From an uncultured Collinsella sp. (GTDB lineage: Bacteria; Actinomycetota; Coriobacteriia; Coriobacteriales; Coriobacteriaceae): DNA of 52,078 bases. Positions 27,839 to 36,725 of this stretch are shown piece by piece. A model generated the notes under the pieces. It did no database searches. It worked only from the letters and a program-made list of their open reading frames with translations, and was not told the DNA's origin. The position numbers and the translations under genes are program-made. The first letter of the stretch is position 1, and every line of letters begins with the position of its first letter. The stretch covers positions 1 to 52,078 of the forward strand of contig URHU01000001.1 of the NCBI GenBank assembly GCA_900547715.1, given 5' to 3'.

Positions 27839-28951
27839 ATGTCCGATAAAAAGACTCCCTGGCGCATCCTGGTAATCAACCCAGGTTCCACTTCCACGAA
27901 GGTGGGCGTTTTTGAGGGCGATGAGTGCAAGCTCAGTAAGAACGTTGCGCACGATGCGAAGGACCTTGCCCAGTTCGACGGGGTTTCGGCTCAGATGCCG
28001 TATCGCTGCGATCTGATTCTAACGGCGCTCGACGAAGCAGGGCTTTCGCTCGATGACTTCGATGCGTTTGTTGGCCGCGGCGGTGGTCTGCTTTCGCTGC
28101 CCGGCGGCACCTATGCCATCAATGAGGTCATGCTCGAGCATGCCCGCATCGGCGCGAATGGCGTTCAGCACCCGGCACAGCTGGGTCCCCAGATTGCCTA
28201 TGAGTTCGCCTCAAAGACGGGAAAGCCCTCTTTTGTGGTGAATCCTCCTGATACCGATGAGCTGTGCGACCTCGCACGCATGACGGGCATTAAGGGCGTG
28301 TATCGAAACGTGCACCTGCACGCCCTTAATCTCAAAGAGACCGCCATTCGCCACGCGGCAAAGCTCGGTCGTACATATGACGAGTGCAACTTTATTGTCT
28401 GTCATATCGGCGGCGGCATTTCGATTTCTGCCCACCTTAAGGGCAAGATGGTCGACGGCAACGACATCGTCGGCGGCGAAGGCCCCATGGCGCCGACGCG
28501 CTGCGGATCGGTTCCCGCGATCGAGGTTGCAAAGTACACCGCGGAGCACGGTCTTGATGTCGCCCGCGCCCATTGCATGAAGACCGGCGGCTTCGTTGAC
28601 CTTTTGGGTACCTCCGATGCCATCGAGGTGTGCGAACGTGCTGCAGCGGGAGATAAGGCCGCAGCTCGCGCCTGGGATGCAATGGTCTACCAAATCTGCA
28701 AGTGGATTGGCGAAATGGCATGTGTGCTGAAGGGCAATGTCGACGGTATCTTGCTCGGAGGCGGCATGGTCCACAGCAAGGAGCTCGTTGCCTCGATTGA
28801 GGAGCACTGCTCTTGGATCGCCCCCGTATCGGCTTATCCCGGCGAGTTTGAACTCGAGGCGATGGCGTCTGGCGCCTGTCGCGTGCTCGATGGCGCTGAG
28901 GAAACGCTCGCGTACAGCGGAGAGCCCGTGTTCACTGGTTTCAACGACTAA
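27839..28951 (+). CDS. buk: Butyrate kinase
   Basis: ILVINPGSTSTKVG, VGRGGGL, HALN, HIGGGIS, GEGPMAPTRCG, YPGEFELEAM. Confidence 0.93.
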   Translation: MSDKKTPWRILVINPGSTSTKVGVFEGDECKLSKNVAHDAKDLAQFDGVSAQMPYRCDLILTALDEAGLSLDDFDAFVGRGGGLLSLPGGTYAINEVMLEHARIGANGVQHPAQLGPQIAYEFASKTGKPSFVVNPPDTDELCDLARMTGIKGVYRNVHLHALNLKETAIRHAAKLGRTYDECNFIVCHIGGGISISAHLKGKMVDGNDIVGGEGPMAPTRCGSVPAIEVAKYTAEHGLDVARAHCMKTGGFVDLLGTSDAIEVCERAAAGDKAAARAWDAMVYQICKWIGEMACVLKGNVDGILLGGGMVHSKELVASIEEHCSWIAPVSAYPGEFELEAMASGACRVLDGAEETLAYSGEPVFTGFND

Positions 28952-29025
28952 TAGTGCTGTGTTTGGGGCGGCCGATGGTGACGTCCGGCCGCTCCGGCCC
29001 TTTTTTCTAAGTGTAAGGATGGATC

Positions 29026-30225
29026 ATGGATAAAACCAAGATCAAGTACCTGGTGGGCATTTATGCTGCCGCCATGTGCATCATGGGCATGTTGGTGCCC
29101 GTTCCCATCGTGGCCTCTGTTGCTGCTGCGTTTCCCAACGAGAACATCGCTGCCGTCCAGATGATCATCGGCATCATTCCGCTCATGATGGCTGTGTCCG
29201 CCATGCTCGTGTCTTCCCAGCTCGCCTCTCGCGTATCCAAGAAGAAGACGACGCTTGTCGGCCACGTTATCGTGATGCTCGCCGGCGCCTCGGTGCTGGT
29301 GTTCCACGATTCGCTTGCCCAGGTTCTTGCGGCCTCTGCCGTGATGGGTCTTGGCCTTGGCGCCGTGCAGAACTCGACCGACGCTCTGATCGCCGACTAT
29401 TTCGGTGGCAAGCAGCGTTCGTTTGTCATGGGCATCTACTCAACCTTTGTTGCACTGGGTGGCATTATCTGGACGATGGTTTCCGGCATCTTGGGTTCTG
29501 CCGAGTGGTTCCACAGCTATGCGGCGTACTTCATCATGATCGTGTTTATCGTCATTGAGGCCGTCTGCCTGCCCGAGGGTCATCTTGAGCCCAAGCGTAA
29601 GGTCAACGTGTTTGCCAACATGCCCAAAGAGGTCGCGATTATCACGGTCATGAGCTTTGTGTTCGTACTCACGTTCCAGCTCTTTAGCTCCAATGTCTCG
29701 CTGCTTGTCGTGGGTCGCGGCTTTGGCGGCACTGTTGAGGCTGGCCTCGCTTCGACCGTCATGACGGTCGCCGGCATTGCGGCTGGCCTTTTAGTGGGCC
29801 CGCTGTTTGCCAAGTTCAAGAACCTGTCGATGCCGATCGCGTGGGGCGTGACGCTCGTTGGCCTGGGCCTGACGCTGGTTGCGCCCGCCTTTATGGTGCT
29901 GTGCGTTGCGGGCTTTGTCGTTGCGCTGGGCAAGGAGACCTACGTGCCGCTGGAGGGCAATTTTGCCGCCGGCAACTCTGCTCCCGAGGGACGTGCGTTT
30001 AACCTCGCCATTGGCATGGCGGGCATCAACTTTGGCATGGCACTGTCTCCCATTGTGTTTGAGGCCGTGACGTCGCCGTTTGGTGCAACGATTGACCAGA
30101 AGTTCATCGCCGGCATGATCGTCTGTGCGGCTTGTGTCGTCTTTGGCGCCATTAAGTATCGCAAGCTCACTCCGGCCCAGCTTGCCGAGGCCGAGAAGAT
30201 GGCGGCCAGCGGCGAGGCGGAGTAA
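29026..30225 (+). CDS. MFS transporter
   Basis: About 12 hydrophobic helices and LIADYFGGKQRSFVMG; last gene of the operon. Confidence 0.9.
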   Translation: MDKTKIKYLVGIYAAAMCIMGMLVPVPIVASVAAAFPNENIAAVQMIIGIIPLMMAVSAMLVSSQLASRVSKKKTTLVGHVIVMLAGASVLVFHDSLAQVLAASAVMGLGLGAVQNSTDALIADYFGGKQRSFVMGIYSTFVALGGIIWTMVSGILGSAEWFHSYAAYFIMIVFIVIEAVCLPEGHLEPKRKVNVFANMPKEVAIITVMSFVFVLTFQLFSSNVSLLVVGRGFGGTVEAGLASTVMTVAGIAAGLLVGPLFAKFKNLSMPIAWGVTLVGLGLTLVAPAFMVLCVAGFVVALGKETYVPLEGNFAAGNSAPEGRAFNLAIGMAGINFGMALSPIVFEAVTSPFGATIDQKFIAGMIVCAACVVFGAIKYRKLTPAQLAEAEKMAASGEAE

Positions 30226-30265
30226 CCGCTCGAGTAGTTGCTTTTCCGCCCATCACGTTTTATCG

Positions 30266-30298
30266 GGGCCGCCGACATATGCCGGCGGCCCTCTTTCT
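30266..30298 (+). terminator. Intrinsic terminator closing the thiolase-MFS operon
   Basis: GGGCCGCCG/CGGCGGCCC stem followed by TCTTTCT. Confidence 0.7.
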
Positions 30299-30345
30299 AT
30301 CAATGGCTTGATAGCTCGCGAAGAGAAGTAATAGCTCCTCGCCTA

Positions 30346-30425
30346 TCGAATGCCGGCGGACGGGGTGCCGGGGCTACAGTCTTCCGAGCGTTTGCAGTCC
30401 CGTCGCTCCGTCCGCCGGCATTCGA
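30346..30425. repeat. Long intergenic inverted repeat (REP-like)
   Basis: TCGAATGCCGGCGGACGG.../...CCGTCCGCCGGCATTCGA, extended by G-T pairs. Confidence 0.7.
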
Positions 30426-30626
30426 CCGCAACATGTTGGTCAAGCATAATCTTTTGGATTCTTTTGGCGTGAGTGGCTTGGTTTTAGCAGGATTTGTCAG
30501 CGGCTTGACTAAGGGGGTTTTATAGCTGCCATGCAGGTAGCCGTGTTGGTAACGTTTTACCGACCTGTCAAATACCCCTCATTTATAATGCGTCTGCAAA
30601 ATGACTAATTGCTTTGACCTGCTGAA

Positions 30627-30674
30627 ACACTATATGTTGTGTTTGACCTAAAAAAAGAATACAGGATATAGATG
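30627..30674. promoter_or_regulatory. Tandem NrdR boxes
   Basis: ACACTATATGTTGTGT (30627-30642) and a weaker ATACAGGATATAGATG (30659-30674), 32 bp apart, upstream of nrdD. Confidence 0.8.
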
Positions 30675-30899
30675 CGTCTTTGTCGTATGATAGATGGCGG
30701 ACAGAGAACGAAGACCTTATTCGTCCCATTTGGACACGCCTTTGAGTCGCTTGATTGGCCGCGAGGATTGTCCGCATGAGGACCTATGGTTTATCGAGAA
30801 CACAGATTGCGCGACGGCGCCGCAAGACAGGGGCAAGCCCTGCCGGGCATCGTTTGGCTCTGAAGTGCAATGAGGCTACGACGCGAAAGAGGCAAGAGG

Positions 30900-33122
30900 A
30901 TGAAGATCATCAAGCGCAGCGGCACCGAGGTTGTCTTTGACATCGACAAGATTGTCAATGCCATCCGCGCCGCCAACTTGGAGGTCGAGGAGAGCTCTCG
31001 TCTAACCGACCGCCAGGTGGTTTATGCGGCGCAAAACGTCGCCGAGGCATGCGAGAACGCGGGCCACACCGTTTCGGTTGAGGAGATCCAGGATTTGGTC
31101 GAAGACGAGATCATGCGTCTCGACTGCTACGAGGTTGCCCGCCACTACATCATCTATCGCTATGTTCAGAGCCTGAAGCGCCAGAAGAACACGACCGATG
31201 ACAAGATCCTGTCGCTGATCGAGTGCAATAACGAAGAGGTCAAGCAGGAGAACTCCAACAAGAACCCGACCGTCAACTCCGTTCAGCGCGACTATATGGC
31301 TGGCGAGATTTCCAAGGACCTGACCCAGCGCGTGCTGCTGCCTCAGGAGATCGTGGATGCCCATAATGAGGGCCTGATCCATTTCCACGATTCGGATTAC
31401 TTTGCCCAGCATATGCACAACTGCGATCTGGTGAACCTGGAGGACATGCTCCAGAACGGCACTGTTATTTCGGGCACGCTGATTGAGAAGCCGCACAGCT
31501 TCTCGACCGCCTGCAATATTGCGACGCAGATTATCGCCCAGGTTGCTTCCTCCCAGTACGGCGGCCAGTCCATCTCGCTGACCCATCTTGCCCCCTTTGT
31601 TGAGGTGAGCCGTCAAAAGATTCGTGGCGAGGTCGCCCGCGAGCTCGAGGAGCTCGGCGTTTCCGCATCTCCCGAAAAGGTTCGCGAGGTCGTTGAGGAT
31701 CGCCTGCGTGACGAGATCCGTCGCGGCGTCCAGACGATTCAGTATCAGGTCGTGACCCTTATGACCACCAATGGCCAGGCGCCGTTCGTGACGGTCTTTA
31801 TGTATCTTAACGAGGCCCGTACGCCTCAGGAGAAGCACGACCTTGCCATGATCGTGGAGGAGACGCTTCGCCAGCGCTACGAGGGCGTTAAGAACGAGGC
31901 CGGCGTGTGGATTACCCCGGCATTCCCCAAGCTTATCTATGTACTCGAGGACGATAACGTTCACGAGGATTCCCCGTACTTCTACCTGACCCAGCTGGCT
32001 GCCAAGTGCACCGCCAAGCGCATGGTGCCCGATTACATCTCCGAGAAGAAGATGCGCGAGCTCAAGCTGTCTAAGGGCGAGACCGCCGGCAACGGCGATT
32101 GCTACACCTGCATGGGTTGCCGCAGTTTCCTGACGCCCGACCGTTCGGGCAACGGTTTTAACAACGTTGCCAACGCGCTGAACTACGACCCGAACAAGCC
32201 CAAGTACTATGGTCGCTTTAACCAGGGCGTTGTGACCATCAACCTGCCTGATGTCGCACTGAGCTCGCACCAGGATATGGACAAGTTCTGGAAGATCTTC
32301 GATGAGCGCCTTGAGCTTTGCCATCGTGCCCTGCTGTGCCGTCATGAGCGTCTGATGGGCACGCTTTCGGATGCCGCGCCGATTCTTTGGCAGTACGGTG
32401 CCCTGGCACGTTTGAAGAAGGGCGAGACGATCGATAAGCTGCTCGTGGGTGGTTACTCCACCATCAGCCTGGGGTATGCCGGTCTGTATGAGTGCGTCAA
32501 GTACATGACGGGCCACAGCCACACCGAGAAGGAGGGCACGCCGTTTGCCATGGCCGTCATGCAGCACATGAACGACAAGTGCGCCGAGTGGAAGGCCGAA
32601 AGCGATATCGACTTCTCGCTGTACGGCACCCCGCTTGAGTCGACGACCTACAAGTTTGCCAAGTGCCTGCAGCGCCGTTTTGGCATTATCCCGGGCGTGA
32701 CGGACAAGGGCTACATTACCAACAGCTATCATGTCCACGTTTCCGAGGAGATCGATGCCTTCGATAAGCTTAAGTTCGAGGGTATGTTCCAGCAGCTTTC
32801 GCCGGGCGGTGCTATCTCCTACGTCGAGGTTCCCAACATGCAGGACAACCTTAAGGCTGTCATTCGCGTGATGCAGTACATCTACGACAACATCATGTAC
32901 GCTGAGCTCAACACCAAGAGCGACTACTGCCAGGTGTGCGGCTACGACGGTGAGATCAAGATTGTTGAGGACGATGGCAAGCTGGTGTGGGAGTGCCCCA
33001 ATTGCGGCAACCGCGACCAGGAGAAGATGAATGTCGCCCGTCGTACGTGCGGCTACATCGGTACCCAGTTCTGGAACCAGGGTCGAACCGAGGAGATCCG
33101 CGACCGCGTGCTGCATCTCTAA
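30900..33122 (+). CDS. nrdD: Anaerobic ribonucleoside-triphosphate reductase
   Basis: ATP-cone MKIIKRSG, KQENSNK, MGCRS, YITNSYH, two CxxC and the glycyl radical loop RRTCGYI. Confidence 0.97.
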   Translation: MKIIKRSGTEVVFDIDKIVNAIRAANLEVEESSRLTDRQVVYAAQNVAEACENAGHTVSVEEIQDLVEDEIMRLDCYEVARHYIIYRYVQSLKRQKNTTDDKILSLIECNNEEVKQENSNKNPTVNSVQRDYMAGEISKDLTQRVLLPQEIVDAHNEGLIHFHDSDYFAQHMHNCDLVNLEDMLQNGTVISGTLIEKPHSFSTACNIATQIIAQVASSQYGGQSISLTHLAPFVEVSRQKIRGEVARELEELGVSASPEKVREVVEDRLRDEIRRGVQTIQYQVVTLMTTNGQAPFVTVFMYLNEARTPQEKHDLAMIVEETLRQRYEGVKNEAGVWITPAFPKLIYVLEDDNVHEDSPYFYLTQLAAKCTAKRMVPDYISEKKMRELKLSKGETAGNGDCYTCMGCRSFLTPDRSGNGFNNVANALNYDPNKPKYYGRFNQGVVTINLPDVALSSHQDMDKFWKIFDERLELCHRALLCRHERLMGTLSDAAPILWQYGALARLKKGETIDKLLVGGYSTISLGYAGLYECVKYMTGHSHTEKEGTPFAMAVMQHMNDKCAEWKAESDIDFSLYGTPLESTTYKFAKCLQRRFGIIPGVTDKGYITNSYHVHVSEEIDAFDKLKFEGMFQQLSPGGAISYVEVPNMQDNLKAVIRVMQYIYDNIMYAELNTKSDYCQVCGYDGEIKIVEDDGKLVWECPNCGNRDQEKMNVARRTCGYIGTQFWNQGRTEEIRDRVLHL

Positions 33123-33133
33123 TACCGCTCCGG

Positions 33134-33272
33134 GGCTGAACCGAGAGGGCCGCTTGGGCATTTGCTCGCTATTTCGGACAGTCCTGCGCAAGACGAAGGC
33201 CACATTAAGTGGCCTTCTTTGCGTGCGGAACTCATATCGAGCAAAAGCCCAAGCGGCCCTCTCGGTTCAGCC
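33134..33272. repeat. Nested long palindrome (REP/REPIN- or MITE-like)
   Basis: About 35-bp terminal IR GGCTGAACCGAGAGGGCCGCTTGGGC.TTTGCTCG and an inner hairpin GAAGGCCAC-ATTAA-GTGGCCTTC. Confidence 0.75.
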
Positions 33273-33450
33273 AAGTTAACGTAGCTGAGATACAGCGCGC
33301 GGTCTGCTCACTCCTCGAAGTTCTTAGCGGAAATAATTTGAGCTGCAGCTGCGATTTACTTGCGATGGCGGTTGAGCCGCAACCCAGTTTTTATTGGACC
33401 TCGAACCCTATGCTCGATGTTCGCTTCGTTCATTGAGTTACCCTTTGCAT

Positions 33451-33534
33451 GAGGCCGGGACATATCGTCCCGCCCGCAGTTTCGCAGGCCGAAGGCCGAG
33501 AATGTTTGAGGACGGGATGATATGTCCCGGCCTC
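33451..33534. repeat. Long palindrome with GGCC-GAA-GGCC apex abutting the nrdG RBS
   Basis: GAGGCCGGGACATATCGTCCCG/CGGGATGATATGTCCCGGCCTC arms. Confidence 0.7.
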
Positions 33535-33549
33535 CCAGGAGAGTTACCT

Positions 33550-34131
33550 ATGAACTACGCGAACATAAAGTATTTCGACATTGCTGATGGGGAAGGCGTT
33601 CGTACTTCTCTGTTTGTGAGTGGGTGCCGTCGTGGGTGCAAGAATTGCTTTAACTCTGTCGCGTGGGACTTTGCTGCGGGCGAGCCGTTCGATCGCGCCG
33701 TCGAGGATAAGATTATCGAGAGTCTCGATCATCCCTTTATCGATGGCCTGACGATTCTGGGTGGCGAGCCTATGGAGCCCGAGAATCAGGCGGGGCTTGT
33801 TGACTTCATTGAGCGTGTTCGTGCCACTTATCCTGCGGGGTCAGGAAAGACCATTTGGTGTTTTACCGGCGACGTGCTCGAGGAGCTTATGCCGGGTGGC
33901 CGTCATCATACCGAGGTGACGGACCGTATCCTAGCCTGCCTCGACATGTTGGTGGACGGCCCGTTCGTTCAGGATTTGTACGATATTTCGTTGCGCTTTA
34001 GGGGCTCGAGCAACCAGCGCGTGATCGATATGAACGCCACGCGTGCCCGTGCCGAGCGTGAGAACGTTGCGCTTTGTGACGCCGTGGAGCTTTGGCGGGA
34101 CGATCCGGTATATTCGACCCATACTATGTAG
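33550..34131 (+). CDS. nrdG: Anaerobic RNR activating protein (radical SAM)
   Basis: DIADGEGVRTSLFVSGCRRGCKNCFN, LGGEPM, VDGPF, FRGSSNQR. ATG at 33550 with AGGAG RBS. Confidence 0.96.
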   Translation: MNYANIKYFDIADGEGVRTSLFVSGCRRGCKNCFNSVAWDFAAGEPFDRAVEDKIIESLDHPFIDGLTILGGEPMEPENQAGLVDFIERVRATYPAGSGKTIWCFTGDVLEELMPGGRHHTEVTDRILACLDMLVDGPFVQDLYDISLRFRGSSNQRVIDMNATRARAERENVALCDAVELWRDDPVYSTHTM

Positions 34132-34197
34132 CTTGTGGCCGATGCCGGAGGGCGTGGTACCATAGCGCGAACGCAAAATCGGAAAAGTGAGGCCCAG

Positions 34198-34755
34198 ATG
34201 GTCGATCAGGAAAAAGTCGAGGCCGCCATTAAGCTGTTGCTTGAGGGCATAGGCGAGGACCCAACTCGTGAGGGCCTGCTGGAGACCCCGGCTCGCGTTG
34301 CCCGTATGTATGGTGAGATCGCCGGCGGTATGGACCAGAGTGCCGAGGAGCATCTGTCCAAAACCTTTGCCGTCGCTTCGAACGATTTGGTTATCGAGCG
34401 CGACATCACGTTCTACTCGCTGTGTGAACATCATCTGCTGCCGTTTTATGGCAAGGCTGCGATTGGCTATATCCCTAACGGTCGTGTGGCGGGTCTGTCT
34501 AAGCTTGCTCGCACGGTTGAGGTCTATGCCCGTCGTCTGCAGCTGCAGGAGCAGCTGTGTGCACAGGTTGCCGATGCCCTCATGGAGTATCTCGCTCCCC
34601 AGGGAGCGATTGTGCTCATGGAAGCTGAGCATATGTGCATGACCATGCGCGGCGTGCAAAAGCCTGGCACCAAGACCGTGACGCTCGCTCGTCGCGGCGT
34701 CTTTGAGGCCGATCCGGCGCTCGAGGAGCGATTCTTTAGGATGCTGGGACGCTAA
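34198..34755 (+). CDS. folE: GTP cyclohydrolase I
   Basis: [43 protein letters not shown]. Confidence 0.97.
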   Translation: MVDQEKVEAAIKLLLEGIGEDPTREGLLETPARVARMYGEIAGGMDQSAEEHLSKTFAVASNDLVIERDITFYSLCEHHLLPFYGKAAIGYIPNGRVAGLSKLARTVEVYARRLQLQEQLCAQVADALMEYLAPQGAIVLMEAEHMCMTMRGVQKPGTKTVTLARRGVFEADPALEERFFRMLGR

Positions 34756-34757
34756 CT

Positions 34758-35339
34758 ATGAGAGTCGTCAACGACTTTACATCGAATACTGACGAGGGAA
34801 CGCCGCGTCGCGGTTTTATGGCTTCGGGCCTGGCGCCTTTTGGTGCCATGCCTCGCATTGATTACATCTGTGCCAACGGTCTGTTCCGGCGGCACCTGGG
34901 CAACATTGCACAGTTGGAATCGGGGCGCATCTTCTGCCGCCACGGTATTGACCACCTGCTGGATGTCGCTCGCATTATGTGGATCAAGAATCTCGAGGAA
35001 GAGCTCGAATTTGACCGCGAGGTCATCTACGCTACGGCACTTCTTCACGATATCGGCAAAGATGAACAGTATGAATCGGGTATATCCCATGATGTTGCAA
35101 GCGAGCGCGTCGCTGATGCAATACTCGCCGGCATGCCCGATGGCGTGGCGTTTGAGCCGGCCGATGCCGCAGCAATTAAGACGGCCATTCTGGGCCATCG
35201 AAAGCTGCGCGTGAACAGCCAACCGCTTGAACGTCTGCTCTATGCAGCCGACAAAGCGTCGCGCGCCTGCTTTGCATGCCCCGCGCGCAATGCTTGCAAC
35301 TGGAGCGATGATAAAAAGAACCTGTCGATTCGCGTGTAG
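34758..35339 (+). CDS. HD-domain phosphohydrolase (candidate dihydroneopterin triphosphate pyrophosphatase)
   Basis: FCRHGIDHLLDVAR, ALLHDIGK, YAADK and a C-terminal CFAC....C. Start uncertain. Confidence 0.8.
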   Translation: MRVVNDFTSNTDEGTPRRGFMASGLAPFGAMPRIDYICANGLFRRHLGNIAQLESGRIFCRHGIDHLLDVARIMWIKNLEEELEFDREVIYATALLHDIGKDEQYESGISHDVASERVADAILAGMPDGVAFEPADAAAIKTAILGHRKLRVNSQPLERLLYAADKASRACFACPARNACNWSDDKKNLSIRV

Positions 35340-35382
35340 TTAGTTTGCACGGTCGGGGTTCTAAACGAAGGAGACGATCGCG

Positions 35383-35868
35383 ATGAGTAACAAGAAACTG
35401 CCCGAGAATGCAACCAAGACTGAGGGTGCTGAGCTCGCCCGTCGTGGTAGGGGTGAAATTTCTACTGCGACGGCGGTGCCTCACGTGAGCTATGACGATC
35501 TGCGCCATGCCGATCGTATTGTCATTGACGGCCTTGAGGTTTTTGCCAACCATGGCGTGTATCCCGAGGAGAACGCGCTGGGTCAGAAGTTCATCGTTTC
35601 TCTGGTGCTCTATGCCGACCTGCGTGCAGCGGGGGAGCACGATAACCTGGACGCCTCGATTGACTACGGCTCGGTGTGCCACGATGTCGATGGCTATCTG
35701 CGCGAGCATACGTTTAAGCTCATCGAGGCGGCAGCCGAGGGTGTGGCCCAGATGCTGCTGCGTCGTTACCCCTTGCTGCTTGGCGTGCGTGTTAAGCTCG
35801 ATAAGCCTTGGGCGCCCGTCGGTCTTCCCCTGGCAAGTTGCGGTGTCGAGATCGAGCGCGTGCGCTAA
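35383..35868 (+). CDS. folB: Dihydroneopterin aldolase
   Basis: ANHGVYPEENALGQKF, SIDYG, KLIE, KPWAP. Confidence 0.93.
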   Translation: MSNKKLPENATKTEGAELARRGRGEISTATAVPHVSYDDLRHADRIVIDGLEVFANHGVYPEENALGQKFIVSLVLYADLRAAGEHDNLDASIDYGSVCHDVDGYLREHTFKLIEAAAEGVAQMLLRRYPLLLGVRVKLDKPWAPVGLPLASCGVEIERVR

Positions 35869-35874
35869 CCGGTT

Positions 35875-36651
35875 CTAATACGTCTCTATGGGTGGCTGCT
35901 TGAGCCGCTGCGACAGAGCTCTATTGTTGGGGCAGTACGTGTCGAGCAGGGCGTGAAACCGCTGATTGTGGCTTGGCTCGAGCAGGTGGACGAGCTCGTG
36001 GGCGACAACCATGTCGAGACACTCGATGGGATAAGCGGCAAGTTCGCGTGCGATGCGAATGGCTCCGGTCTCGGGCGTGCATGAGCCCCAACGCGTTTTC
36101 ATGCTGCGCACGGAAACGCGGGCCACGGTGACGCCCATTGCGATTTCGTACGCGCGCACGATGTCGCGTAGCGCTGCGGTGACCTCGGTCGTATAAAGCT
36201 GGCTGATGTGGGCTTGGAGCTCGTCGGACGTTAGGCCGTCGAGGATTGCGCGCCGCTTGGCCTGTGGGCCTTCGTCCGTTTCGTCGGTACCCATAAAACT
36301 TGCGAAGGTAGCCTGCTTGGGTCGCGGTGCGGGTGATGCAAAGTTGTGATCGAGCGCATCCTGTACCGTGATGGGCTTGCCCCAAAGTGCAATGATGGAC
36401 GAGGGACTGAGTGGCTCTCGCGCCGCCGCCTGACGTTGCTCGCGCTGGGCAAGTCGGCTGACAATCCAGGCGCTGTTGCGCTTCACAAATGCCTCGATGC
36501 GCTCGCGGCTGGCGCCGAGCGGTGCGCTGGCGTGGGCCTCACCGCTTGATGTGACGCGTAGGTTGAAGTTTTTGACGCGTTTTTTGGTAACGACGACGGA
36601 GATGGGCGTCCCATCCGGTCGGGATACAGAAATCGTAAACTGCTGCGTCAA
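35875..36651 (-). CDS. M48/YgjP (DUF45) zinc metallopeptidase-like protein
   Basis: KKRVKNFNLRV, MKTRWGSC, VAHELVHL, HNQRF. TTG at 36651 with GAAGGA RBS. Confidence 0.85.
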   Translation of the reverse strand: MTQQFTISVSRPDGTPISVVVTKKRVKNFNLRVTSSGEAHASAPLGASRERIEAFVKRNSAWIVSRLAQREQRQAAAREPLSPSSIIALWGKPITVQDALDHNFASPAPRPKQATFASFMGTDETDEGPQAKRRAILDGLTSDELQAHISQLYTTEVTAALRDIVRAYEIAMGVTVARVSVRSMKTRWGSCTPETGAIRIARELAAYPIECLDMVVAHELVHLLEPSHNQRFHALLDTYCPNNRALSQRLKQPPIETY

Positions 36652-36725
36652 AAGCGGTCCTTCAGATTGGGGACGGGCCGGCATGTCGACCGTTCGGCAT
36701 GCCGGCCCGCTCAAGGGATGTGAAA

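Noticed and set aside
30226..30620. attR (tRNA-Val 3' duplication) or integrase remnant at the right end of the cluster
   Set aside because: No copy of the tRNA 3' end and no integrase-like ORF seen.
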